DNA of 64,000 nucleotides. It comes from a bacterium (GTDB lineage Bacteria; SAR324; NAC60-12). Positions 20,838 to 30,370 of this stretch are shown piece by piece. How positions within the stretch are numbered: the first letter of the stretch is position 1; every line of letters starts with the position of its first letter. The notes beneath the pieces are model-generated. The model had not been told where the DNA came from and did not search any database. It saw nothing but the letters and a program-made list of their open reading frames with translations. Where the stretch lies: NCBI GenBank assembly GCA_965209155.1, contig OZ242383.1, forward strand, positions 2,656,001-2,720,000. Reading direction: 5' to 3'. Both the position numbers and the translations under genes were made by a program.

Positions 20838-21770
20838 ATGGCAGAAGCACCCGGAAAAAATCACAGAAAAGGCATCACGGTTTTGGAACTGATGGACATG
20901 TTCCCAGATGACAAGACGGCTGAAAAAATGTTCATTGATAAGCGATGGCCTGATGGGATACGATGTGCACATTGTGAAAGCGAGCGAATTATAAAGTATG
21001 AAAATTCTAAAAATCCGATGCCGTTTCGTTGTAAAGATTGTAGGAAGTTTTTTTCAGTGAAGACCGGAACGGCTATGGAAGCTTCTAAAATTGGTTACCG
21101 GAAGTGGGCTTTCGCTTTCTATCTGATGGCCACGAATATCAAAGGGGTTGCCAGTATGAAGCTATACCGGGAATTGGGATTTACTCAAAAAACGGCATGG
21201 TTTGTCAATCATAGAATCCGGGAATGCTGGAATAATAACAAACCTCTTTTTAATGGTCCGGTTGAAATGGACGAGACTTATGTAGGGGGTAAGGAATCTC
21301 TGAAACATGAGTCTAAAAAGAAGAAAGAGGGACGGGGTACGGTTGGCAAATCCCTAGTTGTAGGTATTAAGGATCGAGAGACCGGACAAGTGGTAGCCAC
21401 CGCAACGGAAGATACAAAGAAGCCGGTTATTGAGAAGATGATCCAGGAATATGTAAAACAAAATTCCATGATTTATACAGACGAAGCTACCGTTTATAAG
21501 GGGCTTCCTAATCATGAATCTGTCCGGCATAGCCACGATGAATACGTGAGAGGAGATGTCCATACTGCTGGTATTGATTCCTTCTGGAGTATGCTCAAAA
21601 GGGGACACAAAGGGACATATCACAAAATGAGTGCCAAGCATTTGGATCGCTATGTTAAGGAATTTGCTGGTAGGCAAAATCAGCGAGAGCTTGATACCCT
21701 GGCACAAATCGAATCAATGGCCAAAGGCATGGAAGGAAAACGGCTTAAGTATAAAAATCTGATAGCTTGA
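20838..21770 (+). CDS. IS1595-family transposase
   Basis: N-terminal Zn ribbon (RWPDGIRCAHC...CKDC), VEMDETYVGG, IYTDE, VHTAGIDSFWSMLKRG, HLDRYVKEF. Confidence 0.93.
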   Translation: MAEAPGKNHRKGITVLELMDMFPDDKTAEKMFIDKRWPDGIRCAHCESERIIKYENSKNPMPFRCKDCRKFFSVKTGTAMEASKIGYRKWAFAFYLMATNIKGVASMKLYRELGFTQKTAWFVNHRIRECWNNNKPLFNGPVEMDETYVGGKESLKHESKKKKEGRGTVGKSLVVGIKDRETGQVVATATEDTKKPVIEKMIQEYVKQNSMIYTDEATVYKGLPNHESVRHSHDEYVRGDVHTAGIDSFWSMLKRGHKGTYHKMSAKHLDRYVKEFAGRQNQRELDTLAQIESMAKGMEGKRLKYKNLIA

Positions 21771-21845
21771 ATATTTGCATTCCTGCATGATCAGATTAGC
21801 TACTTGATTGTGAAGGAATGTCAACAATATATCAGGAGATTTAAA

Positions 21846-22004
21846 ATGAAAACAAAAGAGAAGAAAAAAGTAGGAAGACCCGCCAAGCCGATGCCGGAAA
21901 AGATTAACGCAACGGCAGACGAGATCATAACTGTGTTTTTAAAATCCCCGCCCCGGCGTTCTGATCAATGGAAATTTATGCAGAAGGAAGAAAGTAAAGA
22001 GTAG
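21846..22004 (+). CDS. Small basic hypothetical protein inside the IS (52 aa)
   Basis: AGGAG RBS; MKTKEKKKVGRPAKPMPEKI...; lies within the IS ends. Confidence 0.6.
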   Translation: MKTKEKKKVGRPAKPMPEKINATADEIITVFLKSPPRRSDQWKFMQKEESKE

Positions 22005-22344
22005 GCCGTGATTACTCTTTACGTTGGGATGTCAAGTGTGTGAATCCGTGGTTAACTTTGTATATAATTCCCTTTTAAATCTGCTTCTACAGAGACATCC
22101 GTGCGTTTAAAAATAGCATTTTCGCCAAGGCGAGCGGCCAGGGCCTGTCCCAATTCTTCACCTCGAGCGGCGATCACCACGCGAGCCCCCTCTGCCACGA
22201 ACAATTCTACCGTACTGGCGCCCATCCCGCTGTTGCCTCCGGTGACGATGGCCACTTTTCCCTCGAGTCTGCCGTTTTTTACTGCCATTGTTTTTCCTAT
22301 TTATTGAATAACCCAAAGTTACAAATTTTTTGGAAACCCGTCTT

Positions 22345-23196
22345 TCACTCTCCCTTGATTTTTTTAACCCGTCTTTCACTGCGTTCGATCATGGCCTGAC
22401 GGGGGCGATTTGCCAGGGTCAGACCCGCATCGACCTTCAGGTTCAGTCCGGTTGTGTGTAGACTCTCATCACTGGCCAGGTATAATGCCGCATAGGCGAT
22501 ATCTTCTGCAGTTCCCGCACGTTTGAGAGGCAATTCCTCGTCAAAAAACTCGGTGAGCCGTTGAATGCGGAGCTCATTCTCGTCAAGGGTTTGAGTCTGG
22601 TGTCCACCCCAAAAAATAGGAGTGACAATCGCTCCGGGAGAAATGCAATTGACACGTATGCCATGCTCGGCCAGTTCGAATGCCCAGACTCTCGTCATAT
22701 GGATCACCGCCGCTTTAGTTGCAGAATAAATCGGACCGGAGCCATCCGTGGTCACACCCGCAGTGCTGCCATTGTTGATGATACTTCCCTTTCCCTGCTG
22801 CTTCATGATCGGCGCAGCATGTTTGATACCCAGGAAACAAGAGGCGAGGTTTGCCTTGAAAACTTCATCGAATTCGACCACGGAAAATTCCTCAACGTTG
22901 ACGTATGCTTGTCCGATACCCGCATTATTGAATAGTACGTCCACGCGTCCCCACATTTCCACTGTGGATTCAATCAAGGCTTTCACATCCGCTTCGAGAG
23001 AAACGTCAGTGCGTTTGAAAATGACATTTTCGCCAAGTCGCTCCGCCAATGCCTGTCCCAATTCTTCACCCCGGGCTGCAATCACCACGCGGGCTCCTTG
23101 TGCCGCAAACAATTCAACAGTACCGGCCCCCATCCCACTGTTACCTCCGGTGACGATTGCCACTTTTCCTTCCAGTCTGCCTTTTAACTCATTCAT
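22345..23196 (-). CDS. SDR family oxidoreductase (intact)
   Basis: TGGNSGMG, NNAG, YSATK, GIRVNCISPG. Confidence 0.93.
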   Translation of the reverse strand: MNELKGRLEGKVAIVTGGNSGMGAGTVELFAAQGARVVIAARGEELGQALAERLGENVIFKRTDVSLEADVKALIESTVEMWGRVDVLFNNAGIGQAYVNVEEFSVVEFDEVFKANLASCFLGIKHAAPIMKQQGKGSIINNGSTAGVTTDGSGPIYSATKAAVIHMTRVWAFELAEHGIRVNCISPGAIVTPIFWGGHQTQTLDENELRIQRLTEFFDEELPLKRAGTAEDIAYAALYLASDESLHTTGLNLKVDAGLTLANRPRQAMIERSERRVKKIKGE

Positions 23197-23213
23197 CGCG
23201 CTCCTGTTCCTTT

Positions 23214-23774
23214 CTATTCTTCTTCTTGGTACTCTTCTTCATTTTCCTCTTCCGTTTGGACATGATCATCCAGAGGAATTTTGCAGAATTCCGACAAAGC
23301 CACTGCCGTTTTTCGCAATTCTTTAATCCCGGAACCCTTCGCCATATCCAACTTATGGATGGCATTGTCCTCGCCTTCGATGACAAGGGAGGCTGCTTTA
23401 CGACCCAGGAGGAATCCACTTCTTTTACCCCTTGCCTGGTCGATACCTCGAGGGAATTCATCAATGGAAATGCGCGTGAGACTGTCCAGCGGTTTCTGTT
23501 TCCTGGAGTAAAGAAAAATCAGCCCTACATGTCGCTCAAAAAGATTGTTTCCTTTATCAAAGACCCAGCGTTCCAGGTACGTGGAGGACACCAGACAAAT
23601 CGCGCAAAGAGCGAGCGCCAGAAAGTTGTCACTGATAAATATGGGCCCGTCGATTTCCCCCACGAGAATGGCAAAGAGGAGGACTGCAGAGCCAAAAAAA
23701 ACGATACGGAAAGCATTGGAAGTCGCGTATACCATTCTGTCTTCTCCTTCCGCATTCAAGACTGGACCGAACAT
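23214..23774 (-). CDS. Hypothetical membrane protein (2 TM, acidic tail)
   Basis: AGGAAGGA RBS; co-oriented and tightly packed in the operon. Confidence 0.7.
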   Translation of the reverse strand: MFGPVLNAEGEDRMVYATSNAFRIVFFGSAVLLFAILVGEIDGPIFISDNFLALALCAICLVSSTYLERWVFDKGNNLFERHVGLIFLYSRKQKPLDSLTRISIDEFPRGIDQARGKRSGFLLGRKAASLVIEGEDNAIHKLDMAKGSGIKELRKTAVALSEFCKIPLDDHVQTEEENEEEYQEEE

Positions 23775-23790
23775 GAGTTCCTTCCTGCTT

Positions 23791-24816
23791 TTAATAGAAT
23801 TCTAACAGTTCGATTTCAAAAATCAGCGTTTCGTTGGGACCAATATTGCCTCCCGACCCCCCTCTTCCATAAGCAAGTTCAGGAGGAATGACCACTTCCC
23901 AATGGGAACCTGCTGGCATCAATTGCAAGACTTCTTGCCATCCGCGAATGATACTATTCAGATTGAAGGTAATAGGTTTGTCATCCCTTGTACTATCGAA
24001 AACAGTACCATCTATCAAACGCCCCGTGTAGTGTACTTGCACATTGTCACTTGGACCAGGAGTGGGACCACTGCCTTCTTCCATAATGCGATACTGAAGC
24101 CCGCTTTCCAGTTCAACCACCCCATGCTTCTGGCGATTTTCTTCACGATAGGCATCTCCCCGAGCCCGGTTCGCTCGGGCCAGGTCGGCCGCCTTTTTCA
24201 GTCTTTCCTGTTCCTCGGGATCAAGGGGCTTTTCTTCTTCATCCGGATCCGGATAAGGGGGATCCAGCACCAGGCGTTCCAGGACATGATACCAGGTTTC
24301 GTGGACGGTATAAATGTCTCGAGACGCCCGCAGTCGGACATAGTAACCCTGGCGGTCGGGAGTGGGATCACCGACATCGATTTCAATCGTTTTCCGGTTT
24401 TCCAGAGTGAGATCGATTTGCATCTGAGGCGCATTCATGCCAAAAATCTCGAGTTGTTCATCACTGGCATCAGCAGCAATCCGCCGTTCTGCGCCCGGAC
24501 CACTCAATAGCAGGGGGATACCGCCGCCCCAACGCTTCATATTCACTTTCGGTCCATCCGGCTCATCGAAATACCAATAACGGTCATCGTGTTTGACCCA
24601 GGATTCGCTTTTCTCTTCAGGGGGGAGACTGATGGACATATTGGCTAATTCTTCCATTTCCACGTCCCAGACAAAAGGACGGGGTTCCACCGGGGGCGGG
24701 GGTTCGGTTTGACTACTGTAGTGATAGACTACTCCCAGCACGACCAGAAAAACCGCCAAAGCAAGAAGACTACGCAGACCCATAATGATTCTCTCCTGAT
24801 CTATCTTCGACGCCAT
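23791..24816 (-). CDS. DUF4340-like membrane-anchored domain fused to an FKBP-type PPIase
   Basis: N-terminal TM; IDVGDPTPDRQGYYVR; C-terminal LESGLQY..GSGPTP..VQVHYTGRLIDGTVFDS..IPPELAYG..TLIFEIELL. Confidence 0.8.
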   Translation of the reverse strand: MASKIDQERIIMGLRSLLALAVFLVVLGVVYHYSSQTEPPPPVEPRPFVWDVEMEELANMSISLPPEEKSESWVKHDDRYWYFDEPDGPKVNMKRWGGGIPLLLSGPGAERRIAADASDEQLEIFGMNAPQMQIDLTLENRKTIEIDVGDPTPDRQGYYVRLRASRDIYTVHETWYHVLERLVLDPPYPDPDEEEKPLDPEEQERLKKAADLARANRARGDAYREENRQKHGVVELESGLQYRIMEEGSGPTPGPSDNVQVHYTGRLIDGTVFDSTRDDKPITFNLNSIIRGWQEVLQLMPAGSHWEVVIPPELAYGRGGSGGNIGPNETLIFEIELLEFY

Positions 24817-26300
24817 TGGACGAAACCGCCCAAGGCCAAGAGGAGGAATGGAAGCAGACCGATACTGGAAACATGAACGAATCTCACTTGTTCGGGACTG
24901 AGAATCAACCGTCGTAAAGGCAGTACTTTGCGATCCACTGAAATGATTTCCGCATCGGCGGTCAGCATGTTGACGGTGTTGAGAAAAAGGTCGCTGTTAT
25001 TCCCATTGTAAAAATGTTGATTCGTGGCAAAGTCGGAATCTCCAATAACCACCAGTCGAGTGCCTTTTCGCGAAACGAGGACACCTACGGCGAAAGGGCC
25101 TTTCTTATCTTCCGGATCATTAAGCTCCGGCGTTTCATCGGCAACGAAGTTCGTTTCTAACCAACTCTCTCTGCTGGTCCAGGCCAGAGGCTGGATTTGC
25201 ACGCTTTCCGGGATCTCTTTTTGTGGTATGAACCCGGTAGCTCCTGGAAAATAAATTTCTGTAAAACCGAAACTGTTTTGAGTGCGTGGAATGAGGGGAT
25301 GGTCTAAATTGGGCGCAACGTGAGATGCGGTGTCGACCAGGGTGCCCTCCCCCAGGTCGATCCACCAATCCGCAAGCAACTGTTTCCAGGTTTCGGGTGG
25401 GTTGGGATTGAGGAAGAGCAAGACCCTTCCGTTGTTCTCCAGGTAGTTCTCGAGGATTTCAATTTCGCGACCTCCCAGTTCTTTTTGTGGTCCTGCGATA
25501 ACAAGAGCAGCGGCGTTTTCCGGAATGCCAAAGGGAGAGAGCAGGTCGATTTCACCCACTTGGAATAAATTGTCCCTCAAGCCTGACCGGGCAGTAGAAT
25601 AGTCGGACTGGATACTGCTTTCCCCATGACCCTTGATGAAATAGACTCGTTTTTGCTTGATTCCCGTAACCTGCAAGATGGCGCTGGTGAATGCGTGTTC
25701 CGCTTCTGCCGAGATTTGTGGTCCATAGACTTGAGTCTTCCCTTCTTCGCTGGAAAAGACTATGGAACCGTACATGGCTCCCAATTGATTCAATCCATAT
25801 TGCCTCGCCTGGTCCGGGTTGAGATCGGGGTCCACAGTACGGATGGTGAGTTGATCGCTGTGCAGTTTGTATTCATCCAACAAAAATCGGGCATACAGAC
25901 TCACTTGTGCTGGTACGGTGGGAGTGAAAAAACTGACAATTTCCACCGGTTTGTCCAATTCCTCCAACACGTCCTTGGTCTGTGAAGTCAATGTAAACTG
26001 AGCCAGACCGGTAAAATCAAATCGGTGAAACGCCGTCACGCTGATGGCATTTACCAAGACGATGATGGCTACGAAAAGAGAGACCCCCACGGTGGTGGTG
26101 GTTCCAAATTTTCCGTGGTGGCTGATGAGCGCATTTTGCACACGACGGAAATCAAAAACAAATGCCAAGGCGACAAGCGCCGCCCCCAAGGCCAGGATGA
26201 TCCAGGCATAGAAGCGAATGCCCGGCATAACGAAGTTGAGTACGAGCCCCACGAATAGTGTGGCAATTCCAAGTAAGGCAATGACAGTAGTTTGTTGCAT
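24801..26300 (-). CDS. GldG-like ABC-type accessory protein
   Basis: RFDFT..FTLTSQT, VYFIKGHGE, LVIAGP, RLVVIGDSDFATN, NSDLFLN, C-terminal TM ending WRRR; start at ATG 26300 coupled to the upstream stop. Confidence 0.82.
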   Translation of the reverse strand: MQQTTVIALLGIATLFVGLVLNFVMPGIRFYAWIILALGAALVALAFVFDFRRVQNALISHHGKFGTTTTVGVSLFVAIIVLVNAISVTAFHRFDFTGLAQFTLTSQTKDVLEELDKPVEIVSFFTPTVPAQVSLYARFLLDEYKLHSDQLTIRTVDPDLNPDQARQYGLNQLGAMYGSIVFSSEEGKTQVYGPQISAEAEHAFTSAILQVTGIKQKRVYFIKGHGESSIQSDYSTARSGLRDNLFQVGEIDLLSPFGIPENAAALVIAGPQKELGGREIEILENYLENNGRVLLFLNPNPPETWKQLLADWWIDLGEGTLVDTASHVAPNLDHPLIPRTQNSFGFTEIYFPGATGFIPQKEIPESVQIQPLAWTSRESWLETNFVADETPELNDPEDKKGPFAVGVLVSRKGTRLVVIGDSDFATNQHFYNGNNSDLFLNTVNMLTADAEIISVDRKVLPLRRLILSPEQVRFVHVSSIGLLPFLLLALGGFVQWRRR

Positions 26301-27016
26301 CAGCGCCACCTTTCCGTTTGAATTGACCTGACCGATAAGAAGAGAAACGCCGCCGTAACACTCAGGTAATATACGATATCGCGTGTGTCCACTACGCCCC
26401 TCACAAATCCCGGGAAATGTTGTGAGAGTGAGAAATATGAAAGGACTTCTGATACCGGCTGCGGAAGTAAGTTCGCAGCAGCCCCCAGAAACCACATACC
26501 AAAGAGAATCCCTCCTGCCACCACGGCGGCGACAATCTGGTTGGTAGTGAGAGACGATGCGAAAATCCCGATGGAAAGGGATGCGCTTCCCAACAATATC
26601 AATCCCAAATAGCTGGTCGCGACAGGTCCCAGGTCCGGATCTCCAAGGATCAAAAGTAGCAAAGGATAATATAAGGTGAGGAATAACATCCCCACCATGA
26701 CGATCAGGCAACTGCAGAATTTACCCAATACGATTTCAATTTCTCGTACAGGGGCGGTGAGTAGCAATTCCCATGTCCCCAGCTTGCGCTCTTCAGAAAT
26801 CAAACGCATTGTGAGCAATGCGGCAAAAAGGAGAATCAGCAATTGACCGGCATCGAGGAATCCCCGGACTGTGGTATCGGTATAGCTGGTGTTGGCGAGA
26901 TACAAAGTGAATGAGGCGCCGGATAACGCCAAAAAAATGGCCGTCACTATATAAGCCATGGGAGAAGTCAGGTAAGTCCCGAGCTCTTTCCAGCAAATGA
27001 GGTATATGTGCTTCAA
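26300..27016 (-). CDS. ABC-2 type permease (GldF-like)
   Basis: KELGTYLTSPMAY, TMRLISEERKLGTWELLLTAPV, NQIVAA; GGAGG RBS with TTG start. Confidence 0.88.
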   Translation of the reverse strand: MKHIYLICWKELGTYLTSPMAYIVTAIFLALSGASFTLYLANTSYTDTTVRGFLDAGQLLILLFAALLTMRLISEERKLGTWELLLTAPVREIEIVLGKFCSCLIVMVGMLFLTLYYPLLLLILGDPDLGPVATSYLGLILLGSASLSIGIFASSLTTNQIVAAVVAGGILFGMWFLGAAANLLPQPVSEVLSYFSLSQHFPGFVRGVVDTRDIVYYLSVTAAFLFLSVRSIQTERWR

Positions 27017-27533
27017 AAGTTTTCCTCCTTTTTGGATTGCACTTATAGCAGTACGTGAATTTCTCTTGCAAGTATCGATAATAGCAACGAAATGTCACGC
27101 TGAAATTAATCAGCGGTCCAGAACCACTCAGCGTGGTTAAACCTTCGATTCTTCTTCAATCGTAGAATGACAAAGTGACATAATTACAGATTTAGAAATA
27201 TGTTTCAATGGTATTTTCAAAATGTTATGCAATCTATTCCGCAGACAACTGTATCTTTAAAATAATCTTTAAAATATGAAACTGGTGCGCATGTGAGAGT
27301 AGAGATTTAAAATTTTGATGATTTCAATTTCTTAATTTTTAAAAAATCACCCATGTTATCAATGCATTATAACCACTAGTGGAGATGGTACTTCAATTTT
27401 CCTACAATGTCAAAGAGGATTTTTCAATTCCATCATTTTTCTCAATTCATGAAAAACTGCACAGCTATCATATAAAACAAGAAAGAAGCTGAAAGCAAAA
27501 AATGTGAATTCCGCATTTTTTTTTATTTAGGGG

Positions 27534-27561
27534 TTGACATTTTTCAAAAAAATATATATTG
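27534..27561 (+). promoter_or_regulatory. Putative sigma70-type promoter upstream of SBP gene
   Basis: TTGACA followed ~16-17 nt later by a TATATT-like hexamer in AT-rich DNA. Confidence 0.5.
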
Positions 27562-27751
27562 CTTAAATCATACCTTCACTAAGTTGTTTTAGTGAAAAAG
27601 AAAGAGGGGTTCCCATTCGATCGATTGAACCATAACGTGGGAGGACGTAAAAACGATCGATCTTCCCCGGGAATCTTTCTCAAAAGATATGTAACTGAAC
27701 GGGTTTTTCTGAGACCCGAATGGTTACTTCAAATCAAGTATAGGAGGAAAC

Positions 27752-29557
27752 ATGGAAAAAAGTAAAACAAGAATAAACCAATCATTGTTGCTCACCTTCA
27801 TCCTGATGGTGGCCGCCTTCTGGGTCGTCCCGTCAGCCGTGACTGCGCAAGAGATGGTAGAAGATCCCGCCACCGGCCAGACGTGGACCAAGCCTGAGTA
27901 TGGCGGGACAATCACGCAGGCCGTTATAGTCTTTCCTCCGAGTTGTTCCAACTGGTGGAATCTTGGCTGGTCGAATCACTTCCACAGTGGTGTGATTGAG
28001 AGGCTCGCCTTCGCCGACTGGGCAAAATCCAGGGAGATTTGGGACGGTAGAGTATACGTCGTTCAGACCCCGGAGATGAGCAGAGGGAATCTGGCGGAAA
28101 GCTGGTCAATGCCCGACGCCACTACGTGGATCTGGAACATTCGTAAGGGCGTTCACTGGCATGACAAGGCGCCGATGAACGGTCGTCAATTCGATGCTAA
28201 GGATGTCGAATGGAACTATCACCGCTATTTTGGTATGGGCGAATTCAAAGAAGACGGACCTAGCACCGGGATGGGTGGTATCACCTTTGGTATGGAGATC
28301 GCATCGGTAACGGCCACCGACCAATGGACGATTGAGATTAAGCTGAAGAAGCCTGACATAGATATGCCGGGGAAAATGCTCAACAACTACTTTACTGTGC
28401 ACGCCCCCGAGCAAATCGAGCAATACGGTGACGCTAAGGATTGTACGACCCTGGTCGGCACCGGGCCCTTTGAGCTGGCTGAAGTGGTCGAAGGCAGTTC
28501 GGCAACCTGGAAGAAGAATCCCAAATACTGGGCGATGGACGAAAAATTCCCGCAAAACCGCCTGCCCTATATTGACGAGTTAAAGTCTCTCCTGATCCCA
28601 GATATGGCAGCCCGCCTGGCGGGACTGCGCACGGGTAAGATTGATATGATGGGTAACACCGGCGACGCTTATATCAACTCTGTCGACGATATGCAGAGCC
28701 TCCAGCGCTCCAGACCCGATATCGATATCTGGCCCGCTTATATCACTCAGGGTGGCGTTTTCTTTCTTAACTGGAAATTGCCGCCCCTTGATGACGTCAG
28801 AGTGCGCAAGGCCCTGCAGATGGCAGTGGACCGCGAGGCAATTGCCAAATCCTTCTTTAAGGGTTTTGGCGTACCAGCCCCTTATGGGATAGCAAAGCAA
28901 GACGGAGGGGAGTATAGCTGGCCCTATGAAGCCTGGCCCGAGGAGGTCAAGCGTGAGTATGAGTATCACCCGGAAGAAGCAGAAGCGTTGCTTGATGCGG
29001 CCGGATATAAACGCGGCGCCGACGGCTACCGATTCAAGCTCAAGCTTGCCCATTTCGAGAGGTGGGATGAGACCTATGCAGAAGTCATCATGGGGTACTT
29101 CGAGGCGATTGGCGTTGAAAGCGAGCTTAAGGTGATGATTCACGGTGAGTTTGGAGTTTTAGGACAACCGGAAACGCAGCACGATTATGCGTTAGTGACT
29201 GGGTATTATGGGTGGTGGGGCAGCCCCGGCTTTTTGGGATACACCCTCTCAACTGTAAGCGCAGCTGACGGTAGCTATAGCACTATGAATCAGAATGACC
29301 CGCGTTTGGACAAGCTGTTTCTTGACGCACAAAAAACTACCGACCTGGAGGAGCTTAAGAGTATTTTCAGACAGTTCGATGAGATCTGTATCAGGGACCA
29401 CTGTGCCCTCAACAAATCCGTCTCCCCTTTGTTTTTCGTGAGCCAACCTTGGGTCCAGGGTTATTACGGTGAAGCAGGGATGGGATGGGGTGAACGGAAT
29501 ACCGTCCAAGCCCGCATCTGGGTTAACCAGGAATTGAAGGCATCCATGGGGAATTAG
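27752..29557 (+). CDS. ABC transporter substrate-binding protein, family 5 (DppA/OppA-like)
   Basis: Signal peptide; KPEYGG, LAESW, IRKGVHWHDKAPMNGR, VGTGPF, VRKALQMAVDR; AGGAGG RBS. Confidence 0.9.
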   Translation: MEKSKTRINQSLLLTFILMVAAFWVVPSAVTAQEMVEDPATGQTWTKPEYGGTITQAVIVFPPSCSNWWNLGWSNHFHSGVIERLAFADWAKSREIWDGRVYVVQTPEMSRGNLAESWSMPDATTWIWNIRKGVHWHDKAPMNGRQFDAKDVEWNYHRYFGMGEFKEDGPSTGMGGITFGMEIASVTATDQWTIEIKLKKPDIDMPGKMLNNYFTVHAPEQIEQYGDAKDCTTLVGTGPFELAEVVEGSSATWKKNPKYWAMDEKFPQNRLPYIDELKSLLIPDMAARLAGLRTGKIDMMGNTGDAYINSVDDMQSLQRSRPDIDIWPAYITQGGVFFLNWKLPPLDDVRVRKALQMAVDREAIAKSFFKGFGVPAPYGIAKQDGGEYSWPYEAWPEEVKREYEYHPEEAEALLDAAGYKRGADGYRFKLKLAHFERWDETYAEVIMGYFEAIGVESELKVMIHGEFGVLGQPETQHDYALVTGYYGWWGSPGFLGYTLSTVSAADGSYSTMNQNDPRLDKLFLDAQKTTDLEELKSIFRQFDEICIRDHCALNKSVSPLFFVSQPWVQGYYGEAGMGWGERNTVQARIWVNQELKASMGN

Positions 29558-29587
29558 TAGGATGGGCAAGCGAAGCTTGCCCATCCT
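29557..29587. repeat. GTAG-type REP-like hairpin directly at the SBP stop
   Basis: AGGATGGGCAAGC-GAA-GCTTGCCCATCCT, a perfect 13-bp stem that starts within GTAG. Confidence 0.65.
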
Positions 29588-29597
29588 TGCCGGGATA

Positions 29598-29780
29598 CTG
29601 ATAGAACAGTCCCCTTTGAAAAAGGGCCGGCCGCGTGATCCGCATTCGGGAAGCGGGGATTTTTCAAACTTTGTCCAATGAAATCCCCGCTTCCGCGTAC
29701 GGCCCCTTTGCCAAAGGGGGGGAAAGAAGAAGGATTCTATGAAAACCTATCTCATCAGGCGGTTATTGCTGATTATCCCC
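29598..29780 (+). repeat. Duplicate of 32113-32319 (structured spacer plus the first 14 codons of the permease)
   Basis: Near-identical sequence including ATGAAAACCTATCTCATCAGGC..ATTATCCCC, then an abrupt end. Confidence 0.92.
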
Positions 29781-30019
29781 TTGACAAGCATTAGGGTGAT
29801 CCGGTAAAATTTTCTAACTTGATAATATCTCGGATTGATCAGTTATACAGCAAATAGATAGTGTTCATGATAAAGGTCCCTTCTTAAATGACAAGCTTAT
29901 ATGGGCTATCCACCTAAGTGGCTGGAAAATTAATTTTCTACAAAAAATGTTTTGACAATGCTTCCCGCTCGAGTGAGTGAAGAAGGTGGGGAATGATAAA
30001 TCTGTAATGAGGGAGTCAT

Positions 30020-30370
30020 ATGATGCAAGCGAAAAAATGGTTTTCGTTATGCTTCACTCCTTTGGTGGGGCAGAGTGTGGCAGACGTTGTGTCTGCCGCA
30101 AAAATCCGATTCGCTCCATGGTGGGTTGAATAATTTTCAATCTGTTGTAAAGGAGTTCATATGTATTTGAAGCAACTTTTTGCCCCCGTCGTGGGGCTGA
30201 TCGTGGCAGACGTCGTGTCTGCCGCAAAAATCCGATTCGCCCCACGGCGGGTGAATTGTTTTGGCCACCCTCAAATTAAAGAGGTACCAATGATTAGTAT
30301 AATGAAGCAATGCTTTGTCCCTCTCGTGGGGCTGAACCCGACAGACTTCCGGTCTGCCGCAAAAATGCAA
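30020..30370 (+). repeat. Three degenerate tandem units, each RBS-ATG plus a palindromic core GTGGGGC..CAGAC..GTCTGCCGCAAAAAT
   Basis: Cores at ~30065, ~30191, ~30326; ATGs at 30020, 30161, 30290. Confidence 0.85.

Larger units (their letters stand above)
20666..22072 (+). mobile_element. Complete IS1595-family insertion sequence (1407 bp)
   Basis: 30-bp terminal IRs GGGAATTATATACAAAGTTAACCAYGGATT (1 mismatch); 8-bp target duplication TTTTAAAT at 20658-20665 and 22073-22080. Confidence 0.95.
20022..22288 (-). pseudogene. SDR oxidoreductase split by an IS1595-family element (5' part 22288-22073, 3' part 20657-20022)
   Basis: Removing the IS and one TTTTAAAT copy rejoins ...DVSVEADLK|DLIETTVEKW in frame; TGGNSGMG, NNAG and YAATK motifs; close paralog at 22345-23196. 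Confidence 0.93.

Noticed and set aside
22335..22380. 15-bp direct repeat AACCCGTCTTTCACT around the SDR stop
   Set aside because: Looks like a local slippage duplication with no wider pattern
26301..26711. N-terminal extension of the 636-aa ORF in the track
   Set aside because: It overlaps the permease in another frame; the real start is most likely ATG 26300
27570..27730. Riboswitch in the SBP leader
   Set aside because: Hairpins are present but no known aptamer consensus was recognised
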